Below, in pieces: positions 36,178 to 47,800 of a stretch of DNA of 64,000 nucleotides. Position 1 is the first letter of the stretch, and each line of letters opens with the position of its first letter. Origin of the DNA: a virus. The notes under the pieces are model-generated. The model had not been told where the DNA came from, did no database searches, and saw only the letters and a program-made list of their open reading frames with translations. The DNA lies in IMG/VR virus record IMGVR_UViG_3300025084_003207, positions 1 through 64,000 of that record. One strand, given 5' to 3'. The position numbers were made by a program, and so were the translations under genes.

Positions 36178-38153
36178 TATTTAACTAAAGCCTCCACTGT
36201 TCCAGCACCTTCATCTAATTTTTCCGTAATTGCTATACCTATACAACTAGGTCCGTTTACGTTCATATTATCAACTGCCGCTTCGGCATGGCCTGATGTA
36301 GCACTATGTACTAGCACATCACCTTTTGAAACTGCTCCTACTACTTTTACTGGTACTCTACCTTTAAGTGCAACCGCTGTTACATGGTCGCCTTGTAATT
36401 CTGAATTCATTAAATATGCAGGATTGTGTGATACTACTCCTGCTATTGACGGACTTGCTTGTATATCTGAAGTTGTTACTTCAGCATCGCCGCCAAATAC
36501 TAAAACTGTTCCTTCTTCATATTCTGCGTCTGCAAGATATTTTTCTGCCAAATCCGCATAACGGGCCGATGTTGCTGTACCTTGGAAAAGGTTAGCATAC
36601 ACATCACCACTGCCATCTCTTGCTACAACTTTACTTGCTGTTGCGGTTGTTGTGGCATCTACGGCTATGTCATCTGCATTTACTGTGATATATGAACCTG
36701 CACCAACATTAAGTGTAACTCCTCCTGATGAGCCGCCGCCTGTTAAACCGTTACCAGCACCGACACTTGATATGTCACCTACTTCGGTAAGTGTTAATAT
36801 ACCAGTACTGCTATCATATGATAAAGGTGCTGTGGCACTAATAGCCGCTCTTGCTCTTGCATTTGTGTAATATAAATTTGATGAACCTTCTGTTACATCA
36901 TCTGTATTACCGCCTAGTTCACTAAGATGATCTTTTGTATCAATCTGTGCGTCAACATAAGTTTTGACTGCTAACTGTGATGGTACTAAAGTATTTGAAG
37001 CACTACCAAAATTAACATCTGTATCTATTGCCGCTTGTACTCTAGCATCTGCTCTAGCATTTGTGTAGTATAAGTTACTTGAACCTTCTGCTACTGTATC
37101 AGTATTGCCTTGTGTATATGTTAATACACCGGTGCTACTATTATATGCTAATTGAGTTGAGCCTTCACTGATTGCCGCTCTTGCTCTTGCATCAGTGTAA
37201 TATAAGTTTGAACCTTCTGATAAATTTGTAGTACTGTGATTAGCAATACTGCTAACTGTACCTGTTACATCTCCTGTTAAATTGCCTTCGAATCCACCAG
37301 TTGTATGAACAGGTTCTGAACCAAATGTCCATTCGTTTGCTGATGTATCGTATGTGATTTGTTTAATGGCACCGCCAATGTTTGCTTCGAAACCTGCATC
37401 AACGTCTGCGCCATCGGCATTTACTCTAAAGAAAGCATCATCAACTGTGACTGTTGTGGAATTAATTGTTGTGGTTGTACCATTGACAGTTAAGTCCCCA
37501 GTAATAACAACGGCTCCACTTGCATTAACATTGTTAAATGTTACGTTAGATGTTGTTTCTACTGCTTGTCCTATTGCAATATCGCCTGTGCTACTGTTAT
37601 AAGTTACACCAGTACCACCACTAAAATGTGCTCTTACTTCTGAAGGACTTGGTCCTGTATATGTAATAACACCATTACTGTATGTTAAACTTCCGTCACC
37701 GCCATTATCAACATGACTGAATAAACCTTTAATATACACATCACTCATGACATTTTGCCACTGTGAGCCATCGTAATAGTTTAGATTTTTCTCACCTGAA
37801 TTATTGTTGTAATAAAGTTCGCCTTCTTGTATGTTGTTGCTTGGTGGTACAGATTCTGATTTAGGTACATACGCCAATTGAGTATAAGTTCTATCGCTGT
37901 TTTTACCTCTATAAACGTTTAAATGTTCTTTTGTTGTATCGTACCAAAGTTGCCCTGTTAATTTGATTGTTGCTGTTTGCGTCGATTCTGGACCAGCAAA
38001 ATTTTCTAATTGCCTAATTGTATTTTGTGCAATTATTTGGCCATAGTTAGTAACATTTTTACCTAATAATGTTAACGAATATGTAGACTGGTCTAACTGA
38101 TTATCATTTACAGTTATTGCAGTTCCTTGTGTATTTGAAAATGTATAAGCCAT
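36177..38153 (-). CDS. tail fibre protein paralog with the same N-terminal anchor and C-terminal chaperone-like domain
   Basis: LLGKNVTNYGQ...LENFA..GQLWYD; three EG(S)SNLYYTxARA repeats; ADLAEKY...VALKGRVPV. Confidence 0.75.
   Translation of the reverse strand: MAYTFSNTQGTAITVNDNQLDQSTYSLTLLGKNVTNYGQIIAQNTIRQLENFAGPESTQTATIKLTGQLWYDTTKEHLNVYRGKNSDRTYTQLAYVPKSESVPPSNNIQEGELYYNNNSGEKNLNYYDGSQWQNVMSDVYIKGLFSHVDNGGDGSLTYSNGVITYTGPSPSEVRAHFSGGTGVTYNSSTGDIAIGQAVETTSNVTFNNVNASGAVVITGDLTVNGTTTTINSTTVTVDDAFFRVNADGADVDAGFEANIGGAIKQITYDTSANEWTFGSEPVHTTGGFEGNLTGDVTGTVSSIANHSTTNLSEGSNLYYTDARARAAISEGSTQLAYNSSTGVLTYTQGNTDTVAEGSSNLYYTNARADARVQAAIDTDVNFGSASNTLVPSQLAVKTYVDAQIDTKDHLSELGGNTDDVTEGSSNLYYTNARARAAISATAPLSYDSSTGILTLTEVGDISSVGAGNGLTGGGSSGGVTLNVGAGSYITVNADDIAVDATTTATASKVVARDGSGDVYANLFQGTATSARYADLAEKYLADAEYEEGTVLVFGGDAEVTTSDIQASPSIAGVVSHNPAYLMNSELQGDHVTAVALKGRVPVKVVGAVSKGDVLVHSATSGHAEAAVDNMNVNGPSCIGIAITEKLDEGAGTVEALVK
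36845..37220 (-). repeat. three dispersed intragenic repeats encoding EG(S)SNLYYTxARA
   Basis: Similar 40-50 nt segments at ~36845-36893, ~37051-37090 and ~37171-37220. Confidence 0.75.
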
Positions 38154-38162
38154 ATGTTCCTA

Positions 38163-38840
38163 TTACGTCATTTGTATTCTTAAAGTATAAACTACTTCAA
38201 TTATTCTGTTTGCACTCTTTTGTACAGGGTGAAATACCACATGAGTTAATAGTTCTGAACTACTACTTGCTGTGGTGGCACTATCGCCTTCTGAATAAGT
38301 CATTAATCCTAGTTCGTCAAATATAAAGTCGCCTTCGTTATTTGCACTAGTATCAAAATTATCTTGGCCTGCAGGCTCACCTAAACCTAATGTACAAGTA
38401 ACTTTTAAATCTGTAAATCCAGCACCTTCTATAACTTCTATTTTATTATTTGGTTTTTCAGCATCTGGATTAGCATCTGTATCACTGACTACTTTTGCAT
38501 AAGTTTTTCTATACAATGTTGCATCAGTTTCTCTTGTTTCGCTGGTATTAGTACTTTTATATAGTACTCTACCTGTACTATCAACACTAGAAGCACCGTT
38601 ACCGAATGCCATAAAATGTATGTAGTCGTTGGTTTCTGTTGCGCCGCCAGTGCCTTTTCCTATTGAATTCGCAATCAGGTATCCAAGATTTCCATAATGG
38701 ATAGCATTTCTTTTGTTTACAATCTCCTCACCAGATTCTTTATCTCTAATAAGAATGTGCCCAGATACATTAAAACCAATTGTGGTATCTATTTGCTCTG
38801 CTTGTGGCTTATTTTCGTTTGTTGCGTTTTCTTCTTTCAT
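38163..38840 (-). CDS. baseplate/tail-fibre attachment-type structural protein
   Basis: GHILIRD..SGE.IVNKRNAIHY, FDELGL, LLTHVVFHPVQKSANR.IEVVYTLRIQ; lies between wedge and fibre genes. Confidence 0.6.
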   Translation of the reverse strand: MKEENATNENKPQAEQIDTTIGFNVSGHILIRDKESGEEIVNKRNAIHYGNLGYLIANSIGKGTGGATETNDYIHFMAFGNGASSVDSTGRVLYKSTNTSETRETDATLYRKTYAKVVSDTDANPDAEKPNNKIEVIEGAGFTDLKVTCTLGLGEPAGQDNFDTSANNEGDFIFDELGLMTYSEGDSATTASSSSELLTHVVFHPVQKSANRIIEVVYTLRIQMT

Positions 38841-38845
38841 ATAGG

Positions 38846-38853
38846 TATTTATC
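38846..38853 (-). promoter_or_regulatory. late-type promoter GATAAATA
   Basis: 5 nt before SD-less ATG 38840. Confidence 0.7.
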
Positions 38854-38879
38854 TCTTTTTTAAACTACTGCTATAATTA

Positions 38880-41800
38880 CTAGCCAAAGTATGATCCTGG
38901 TCCTGCTTGTAGGAACCCTGCTATAGATGTATTAGCATTTGCTAATGGCGATGCAGTACCACCATCAACATTCCATATAGTTATCTCTGGATCTGCATTG
39001 GCCCCGTATGCAAATGCACCAGCATTTATGTTATTTGACTCTGTTGCATCGTATACTGTTTCTCCAACTGTATGCGATTCTGCAGATGTACCGTTTGTTC
39101 CTCTTGTAACACCTGTTAAAGTATTACCTACAATTCCTTCAAATGTTATTCTTTCGTCTCCAATAAAGACTGCTGTTGCTGGACTTCCTGTATATGGAGG
39201 TGTTATAGCAGTTGCATCTGCAATTTGTATTGTTAAACTTTTAGCAGTAATATTTGCCGCTAGTGTTGTTTTATTACTGTCACTTAATCTAATGTATTCT
39301 GTAGCACCGTTCATTCCAACAAATATTTTATACGAAACATTAGCATTACCGTGAGTACCTGGTAATTGTGTAGCACCAGACTTAGGTCTGAATACGCCAT
39401 CTTGATTTCCAACTACTGTGCCGTCGTTATCATATGCTGTCATATTTGATTGAACATTAATTTGTAAACCTTCTAATGGTTTGAATAATGCATGTTCTGG
39501 TGGTATGCCCGGTCCTGATAATCCTGTAAAGAATGTGCTACTATCAAATCCTTGATATGTTAGTGTATCTCTGATCAGTTCGCTTTGTACCGCGGCATTT
39601 ACTGTGTAATTGTTTACACTTTGCTTAGAATCAAAGCCGGCACTATCAAAACCAAACAAGTCATATCCAAGTCCTGTGGACATCAACTCTTTACCAATGG
39701 AATCAAAGTATGCTTTTGCAAAAATATTTGCATCTAATTCTTCACCAAAGAAGTCTGCGTATGCTAATGTTCTTAATGTTGCATCTCTGGTTGCAACAAA
39801 TCCTGCAATAATATCACTTGAGTATGTATCTGTGTCAGCAATTTTCTTAGTTAGATCTGTAATAACTGTATTGTACTTAAACACTCTTTCAATGTGATTT
39901 ATAGGTGTTGCATTACTACTTGCATCGGATAATTGTTCCATTCTTATTGCACTAGTATTTGACTGTGGCTGATTATATTTAGATGCCAGTTGTACTGTTA
40001 ATATGCCATTACTATCTGTGTGGTCATAAATTGGTGATATCTCATCATTTATTCTGTCAATAAATATTTTTTCTGTTATAGTTCTAATCTTTGTTGCATT
40101 GTTACTATAGTTATTTGTCCAGTTGACATACTCAGTATTATTTGTTAAAATACTAACATCTCCTGAATTACTGTCATCAAGTATCTTGGCTGTAATAGAT
40201 AAGTCTGGCTGATATGGTGGTCTATCAAAATCTGTTGCAAATGATTTCAGTGAATCTATACTGATTTTTCTATCTTCAAAATCTCTTAACTTACTTGTAT
40301 ACGGCTTGTTTTCTTTAATACTTTTAACAACACTATTAAATGTATCTATCTTAGTTGCTGGTGTTTGTACTAAATTTTCTGCACTTTGACGTACATTGAA
40401 GTATGTTGTTTTGAAACACCAATCTGTTTGATATTGCTCAGTTAATACATAGTTTAACATTGAGAAATATAATTTATTTTCTAAGTTAGTATTCTTAAAT
40501 ATATTATTGCGTATAGCAAATAAGAGTTGTCTAAGTTCAGATGTAAGTCCAGGGTTTATTTCACCAAATACACTATATTTAAGTTTCATTGTACCGCCTA
40601 CAATTTTAACTAAATCATAATCATCTTTTGCAGAATTGTATTCAAAGAATCTATCTGGGTTATCGCCAATGCCTATTAACCTTACAAATGCACCATCTGG
40701 AATATTTGTTAAACCTCTCATTTCTTTAACAGATCTAACATTGGCTCTAGATTTAATAGTATTTGTATCGTATCCTGTTGCTACCCAATCTGTTATTTCA
40801 TAATAAGTGTTTGTGGTTAATTCTGAATCCCAACCACTATATAAATCATCAGATAGTTTAATATCTTTCATTATACTGTTAATAAAGTATACTAACTCTC
40901 TTCTAGCATTTTTAGGCTTGACAAACATTGTCTGTCTAGGTCTAATTGATATACCATATCTTTCAAATTTATTTAAATACGGATCTGGTACAACTTTTCC
41001 TAACCTATCTTCTTCAACTAAACTATCAACTAGTTTATGGAAGAACTCACTAGGTATGTTTCCTGAAATATTATTTTCGCCTAACAGTATATAAGATTCA
41101 TGTTTGTTTTTGTATTTACTATCAGTTCTCTTGAAGTTTATTTGAAATACACTTTCGTCGTCTGTTAAGTAAGACTTCACATTATTAAGCACTATACTGT
41201 TATTAGATATTGCACCAAATGTTGGTATATTTTGTAATTTAGGTGATGCTATTAATGAAGCAACACTCGAAGCACTTGCTGTTCTGCCTTTTACATTAGG
41301 TACATCTGTAATATCTTTAACCCAATAATAATATAAATTTTTAAATAAGCCTGTACTAGAAACATATCTTTGATCTATTAAATATTTTTCTATATCTAAT
41401 GGTGTACCTGGGCCACTATATTCTATTGGTGTTTCTGTTGATTCTATCCATTCATATACATCAACCTGTGAACCGTCTACATATGAACCCCAGTATTGTC
41501 TTCTATAGTCATCATCGGATTGCTCATACCAACGTACACGCATATTTGATGTATTCCACCAAAGTTCGCCAACATTTTTATTGCTAAAATTACTACTATC
41601 GTCTGCGTAATAAACAGGGTCGCTTTCTGAAATATAAGTTAGATTTCTTTCTACCTCAGGCATAAACACATTTTTAAACGGATCATTTAAAAATACATCT
41701 GAAATTCTTTCACCTGTAATATTATCGTATATTAATGCAGACTTAATTTTGCTACTGTCTACTAATTTGTCTTTTCTGTAAACAACTTTGCCATTTTCTA

Positions 41801-44800
41801 AATATGCCCAACCGTTTACATCATAATTGTCTACCCATGCTTTCGGCATAAGTGATTTTAATTCATACTTACTTCTGACTCTTGCAGATTTCAAATACAA
41901 TACATCAACTTCTGATTGTAATTTTTCTGTAACTAATTGGCCGCCACCGACTCTATTGAGATCATAACTATAAACATTACCAAAATTAGAACTACTTAGG
42001 CCATCAAATTCTGGAGGTGTTGATGCATTATATAATATTAAACTGTCAGGATCGCCTTTATCAAATGGATTATCTTTTCTAATACCACTGTCGTTAAGGC
42101 CAAATCCATTTCCACCGTCGCCTACGTCTGCACTAAATCCAAATGCGTTTGGACCATAGTCACCTGCAGGTATTCCTAGTGCATCTAATGTTCCTGGTAC
42201 TAAGTCACTTAATTCAAAACCATCAGCATCTGTTTTAATTGACAATGTATGCACAGATGGGTTGATTGGTGTTGAACTTGCTGTGAGTCCGCCGTCTATT
42301 CCGCCGACTGTATTAATTAAGTCTGCTAATGTTTCTGTTGGCGTAGCAGGTCTAGAAGGTCCTGAATTCCTACTAACAATACCTGGTGGTTGCTGACAGT
42401 TAATAACACTTCTAGATGTTAATTGAACTCTAGCACCATAACCTTCTCCATATGGTCTTGTTTTCATAGTTGGACTTGCCATATCGCCTTCTAGGTATTT
42501 TAATGGTACACCTCTTTCAAATTCTGCTGGGAATATTTCATATACTCCTCTATCTAATATTCTAAGTTTTGTGATACTACCTGCTTGGTTAATTTTTAAT
42601 ACTTCGAATACTGCTTGTTGGCTCTTAATATCTGGATTGTCCTCGCCAACTAATTTACCTTTCTTAAGGAATGCCTGTGCTTCAAATCCTGTACCACTAC
42701 TGCCTTTTGCAACAACTGTATATCTTCTAGTTGCAAACTCAGGTTGGAATCCACCTTTTTGTATAATTGCAACATCGCCGATGCTCTCTTTATCGGCTGA
42801 ATCGTATGCTGGATTCTCACTAGCAGATGTATATTTAATTTTAATATTTGGTGTACGAATTTTAGTTTTCTTATTACCAACTGTTCCAGGATCATATGCT
42901 AAATCTATAATTCTACCAGGTCTGGACCATTCAAGGAACCAAGTACCTTTACCTAAAATACCTCTGATATTTCCATCTTCATCTCTCAAGAACTTTCTTA
43001 AAACATTTTCTACTGAATTATAATTTATTCCATATTCGCTTAATGTAACATCATTACCATAATCGCTACCTAATACTTTAGAGATTGCTCCACTTGCCGT
43101 ATCAAAATGCTGACCATGGTTGTTAAGATCTCTGGTTGGCATGCCGATTGAAGGCTTAACTTTATTACTGTAATTAAGATTTGAACCACCATATTTTATA
43201 GCCTCAGCAGTTAGACTAGATGTCAATGTAAACTGGAATGCTTGTATTATATCATTTTTATGATAGTCATACCCATCAAGGAAACCCTGTTGATTGTGTT
43301 GTCCTTCAGAACCAAAACTACCTAATGTTTGTAATAAAGGTATTCTTCGGCCTTCTGGCGATGTTAGCCACATCATATCAAAGTCACCTGGTGCATAACT
43401 GTCAAATCTCAAATCAATATCTATGTCATTAACTTTTGCATCATCTGGTAAATTACTAAAATCAAACTTGTAAATAATTGCTTCTGATTCTTGTAATTCG
43501 TTTACCGGTTGTACTACTGGCCTATATACAGTACTGTAATTTAATTTAGCCATATTATTTGCTAATGTAGAACCTGCAATATCAAATTCGCCTCCATGTG
43601 TACTTGCTGGAATATCAAAATGTATTGTTACAGGTACTCTGAGATAGCCTACATCGACTCCGTCTTGGAATACAAATATATCAAACTGTTGCATTGTAGC
43701 ATCAGGATTATTACCTAATTGTTTTGCTTTAACTTTAAGTCCATGTACAGCATCTCTTGAATCCATTCTAAATGTTGCTGTACCAGATGCTGTTACATCA
43801 CTAGAAACAGAAGTATCATTTTCTATAATTACTTCATAATTATTTGCAAAAGTAGATGAAGTGTCTGCACTAAATTCATTTAAGGAATTGATTGGATAGA
43901 ATCTTGCAAACATATTTGCAAAATCCGGTGTGCCTATTGATCTGCCTGCCGCTGTATCTAAATCATATGGATTCATTACCTGGAAGTACGCTCTGTCATT
44001 ATCAAGTTTTAAAAACTTAACAATTCGACCATTTGTTTCTTTTATATTATCACTTAAGAAATGATTAAAATCATCTCTTGTTAAAGGACCAAATGCTTCT
44101 ACATCATAGTATGATTTCATTATACCAACTGTGCCTTGTGCTAAGTCACCAAAATTATCATGTGCATTTGTTGAAGTAAATTTATTTTGTGAGTTAGGTA
44201 TATTCCAGCATATAATCCAAGCACCATTTAAATCATTTCTTTCGCTTTCATTGAAAGAACTTGTAAAGTTACTTTGACCTCTATCATTAATACCTGTTGT
44301 GCTGTTCTCTTCAAAATTAAACATCATGAATTCGCCAAAGTTTTCATACTTTCTTGTACCAACAAATGCTTTATATGTTGTACCTAGTTCCATAGCAGTT
44401 GTGGCTGATAATGTAAATGTTTCTTCATAGTATGTATTCTGTGAATCTATACCAACATCAACTCTTCTAGCATCGATAGTGATACCGTTTATGGAATTAC
44501 CTGCTCTATCTATAAATGCTGTGTTTGTGTCTAATCCACTTAACCAGTCTATTTCTCTACATCCTTTGTAACCTATATAAGTCTTGTAAGGTAAAACAGC
44601 GGATGATATAGCAGTTCTACCTGTGTTTTTAGTTACAGGTGTTACAGCATCATCGCTTGGCTGGAATACAGGATTAATTTGTACACCAGGTAAAATAGTG
44701 CCCATTTCAGTATCTATAACTTCTAATCGTGTTGTTCTAGGATTATATCCAGAACCTGGATTTGTTACAACAACGTCTGATAGATAATAGGCATCTTCGT

Positions 44801-47800
44801 CGATTGTTTTCGGTCTTCCTCCTACTATGGTTAATTTATCGCCAACCATATAGTTGAAACCTGTACTGTCTTCAACCATACCAGTTTGTACAATACCTAC
44901 GTTAGCATTTGCTACTTGACCATCCCTAGTACCTTCACCTGACCTTGGATTAACTGGATAGCCATCTATCCTAATATAGTCTGATGTCATAAACGGATTA
45001 CTAGTATCCGGAGCACCCATTATATCTACGATAGTAACTTCTTGTCCTGGTAATCCACCTGATATAACTTTTGGTGTAAATACAGAAGTATCATCTCCAC
45101 CTAACTCATTGTATTGCTCTGGTGTTAGTGCATTTGCTATTGTCAAGTTAGCACTAGAATTGATATTTTTTTCTCTGTAAGGCTGGAAGTCACCTACTTC
45201 TGTGAATGGACTTCTACTACAACCTGTTCCTAGGCTGAACGGTACAGCACTCTTGATTCTTACTATTGGATTCAGTTGTGGAATGTTTGCATCTTCGGCA
45301 CTGGTACACCCTTGTACACGTCTTTGTTGTTTTGCATGATACTGCCATAAGTTTCTAAACCAGGAGCCTGTTCTATCTTTCCACTTACCTCCATCTTGAA
45401 CACGTTCCCCGTATCCTGTGATTTTATCAAATTTGAAACCTCTTTCGTCTTGTTCTTTGGTTGTCGTAATAGCATTACTTCTGGTATCTTCATCAGTTTT
45501 ACTTCCAAAACCACCTAAGTATAAATCGTCAATAATTGTAAAGTTATATAAGTCACCTAAATATTTGTGGTCGGATGTTCCGTGTTTTGGTAGTCTGTAT
45601 AAAATACCGCCTTTTCCTTTGGTACTATAATCATATCTGCTTCTGTTTAACTTACTCACATATACTGACATGGTATCTTTATTAATACCTCTGCCCATTG
45701 CATCTTTACCAAATTGTATTGTCTGCATCTGCTGGCCTTCATCAAATATAGAACCTGAACTTGGTGCATAAACTATAGCAAACGGATGTCTTGCTATATT
45801 ATTATACTCGCCTTTAATACCTGAGCCAGTATTTGTAATTCTTGCTGTGCTATTTTTCCAGTGTAATAATTCTCCAGAAACGTCATCGTTTGTTGTACTT
45901 CGCAATACAACTGATTTATATTCGTTAGGATCTAGGCCTTTTTCTTCTAATTGTAATTTAATAGATTTTAATAAATTTGGGCCATCTATGCTGACCATTA
46001 ATCTTGCATCGTCGTGTCTAGAACCAAATAGTACTGCTGGTACTCCGTCTTTTCTGCCTTCGAGTAATTTATAGTTGTCATCTCTTTGTCCGATATAGTC
46101 TACACTCTGACCTTTGTTATTACCCATTTTAACAATTTTATCAACACCTCTAAAATCTGTAGTTCCCCATGCTTGTCTGCCACCTTTAATTACACAAGAC
46201 TTAGGTTCACGTTTGGTGTCTTCTGGTACACATTCTGCATTAAAGTTCGGAGACTGTGAGTTAATTGCATCTGCCAATGAACAAGGATCGCACCCTTCTG
46301 GTAAACTAACTGCTGAACCACCTAAGTGCAATACTTCACCACTTGACGTACATGTGTTGCCGGTTATATCTTTGATATGCAAATCTTGTAATTCGCATAA
46401 ATCAACATCTAGTTGATTGTATGGAATTTTAGTATAGTTTTCTCCTATACCTTCAATGTATGAAAGTATAGTTGTCCAGTCTGCTCCGGTACCGCCTGCT
46501 TGTATAAATTGATTTTGATAACCTGAAATATTAGTATATTCAGAATCTATGTATTGCTGAACAATGTCAAACAGGCCATCATCAAATTCGTATGTTGTAC
46601 CCTCTTCACCAGAGTTAGTATCGTATAATGTGATTCTAAATTTACCACATGATTCTGCTGGTGGTGGTGGATCTTGCGGTGGTGGATCTTGTGTGCCACC
46701 TGGGCCTCCGCCGCCTCCTGAGATACCTCCGCCATAATGCTCGCCGTTTAATTGCCTGTACCCATATTTGTCATCTCGCCACCATTGATTGCCGCCCATC
46801 CAATTATCGTAATAGGTGCCCATGTAAGGACCAGTGTAACCTGTGTAAGGCCATGTACCATGTTTAGGAGAACCAAAAGGTGCTTCTGCTTTATTTTTAA
46901 TTGTTTGTAAAGATGGATCTAAATACATATTATTGAGATTATTCTCATAATTTTGTACTAGTTCTTTATCTGCTGTTAATTTTCCATCTAGTACTTTGAA
47001 TGCTGGTGTACCATGTGGACGTTTTGTTCTTTGTTCATTTAATGAACCGTAATATACTTGCTCTTCGAGTCCTTGCATATCAATGATATACTTCCCTGCT
47101 AACTTGCTAGGTGCTCTTCTTTCTGCAATGGTTTCATTTGCTTTTACTGGACTAAATTTGTTTACGCCACCTTTGAGTGCATTACCGGCCGGGGCACCTA
47201 TGTATTCATATGAATATACTTGATCTAGACCAGAAACATCTGCAGGCCTTTGAACATATTTCTGATTAAAGTCAGGCGATGTTCTATTATCACTTCTTGG
47301 ATCTCTATAGCCAAACAGGAAGCCAACTTCCATTTTCTTTTCTTTGTCAATTGCACCTGCTTTAAAATCACTTATAAAGTTTAAACTATCTGCTACTTGC
47401 TCAACTGTGTCTTGTGCTGGCAAATATGTTTTATTATCATTTATTTCCACAGCATTGTGATCTGTTAAACTGTAAGAAACATTTTTATCTGTAAAATCTA
47501 TTGCTACATTTGAATTTGTAAATCCAAATACTTCAATTTGATTTTTACCTAAACGGCGTTGATCCATTCCGATTGGTGCCATTTTGTAAGTTGCATTATA
47601 GTTTCTTATTGGCGAATTTTTAATTGCAATATGATTTTGTGTTGGTTTAACATTTATTTCATTTTGAAAATCATCTGTGCCTGTGATCAACATTGTATCA
47701 GAGACCCAATGTCCGTTTGTGACTACATTTCCTGTATATATTGTATTAATTACAAATGAATTTTTATCTGCTAAAAACGGTGTTGCAAATCCATCATAGT

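Noticed and set aside
36845-37220. Repeats as a diversity-generating retroelement TR/VR pair
   Set aside because: They are short in-frame fibre repeats with mostly synonymous differences, and no reverse transcriptase is present in the window.
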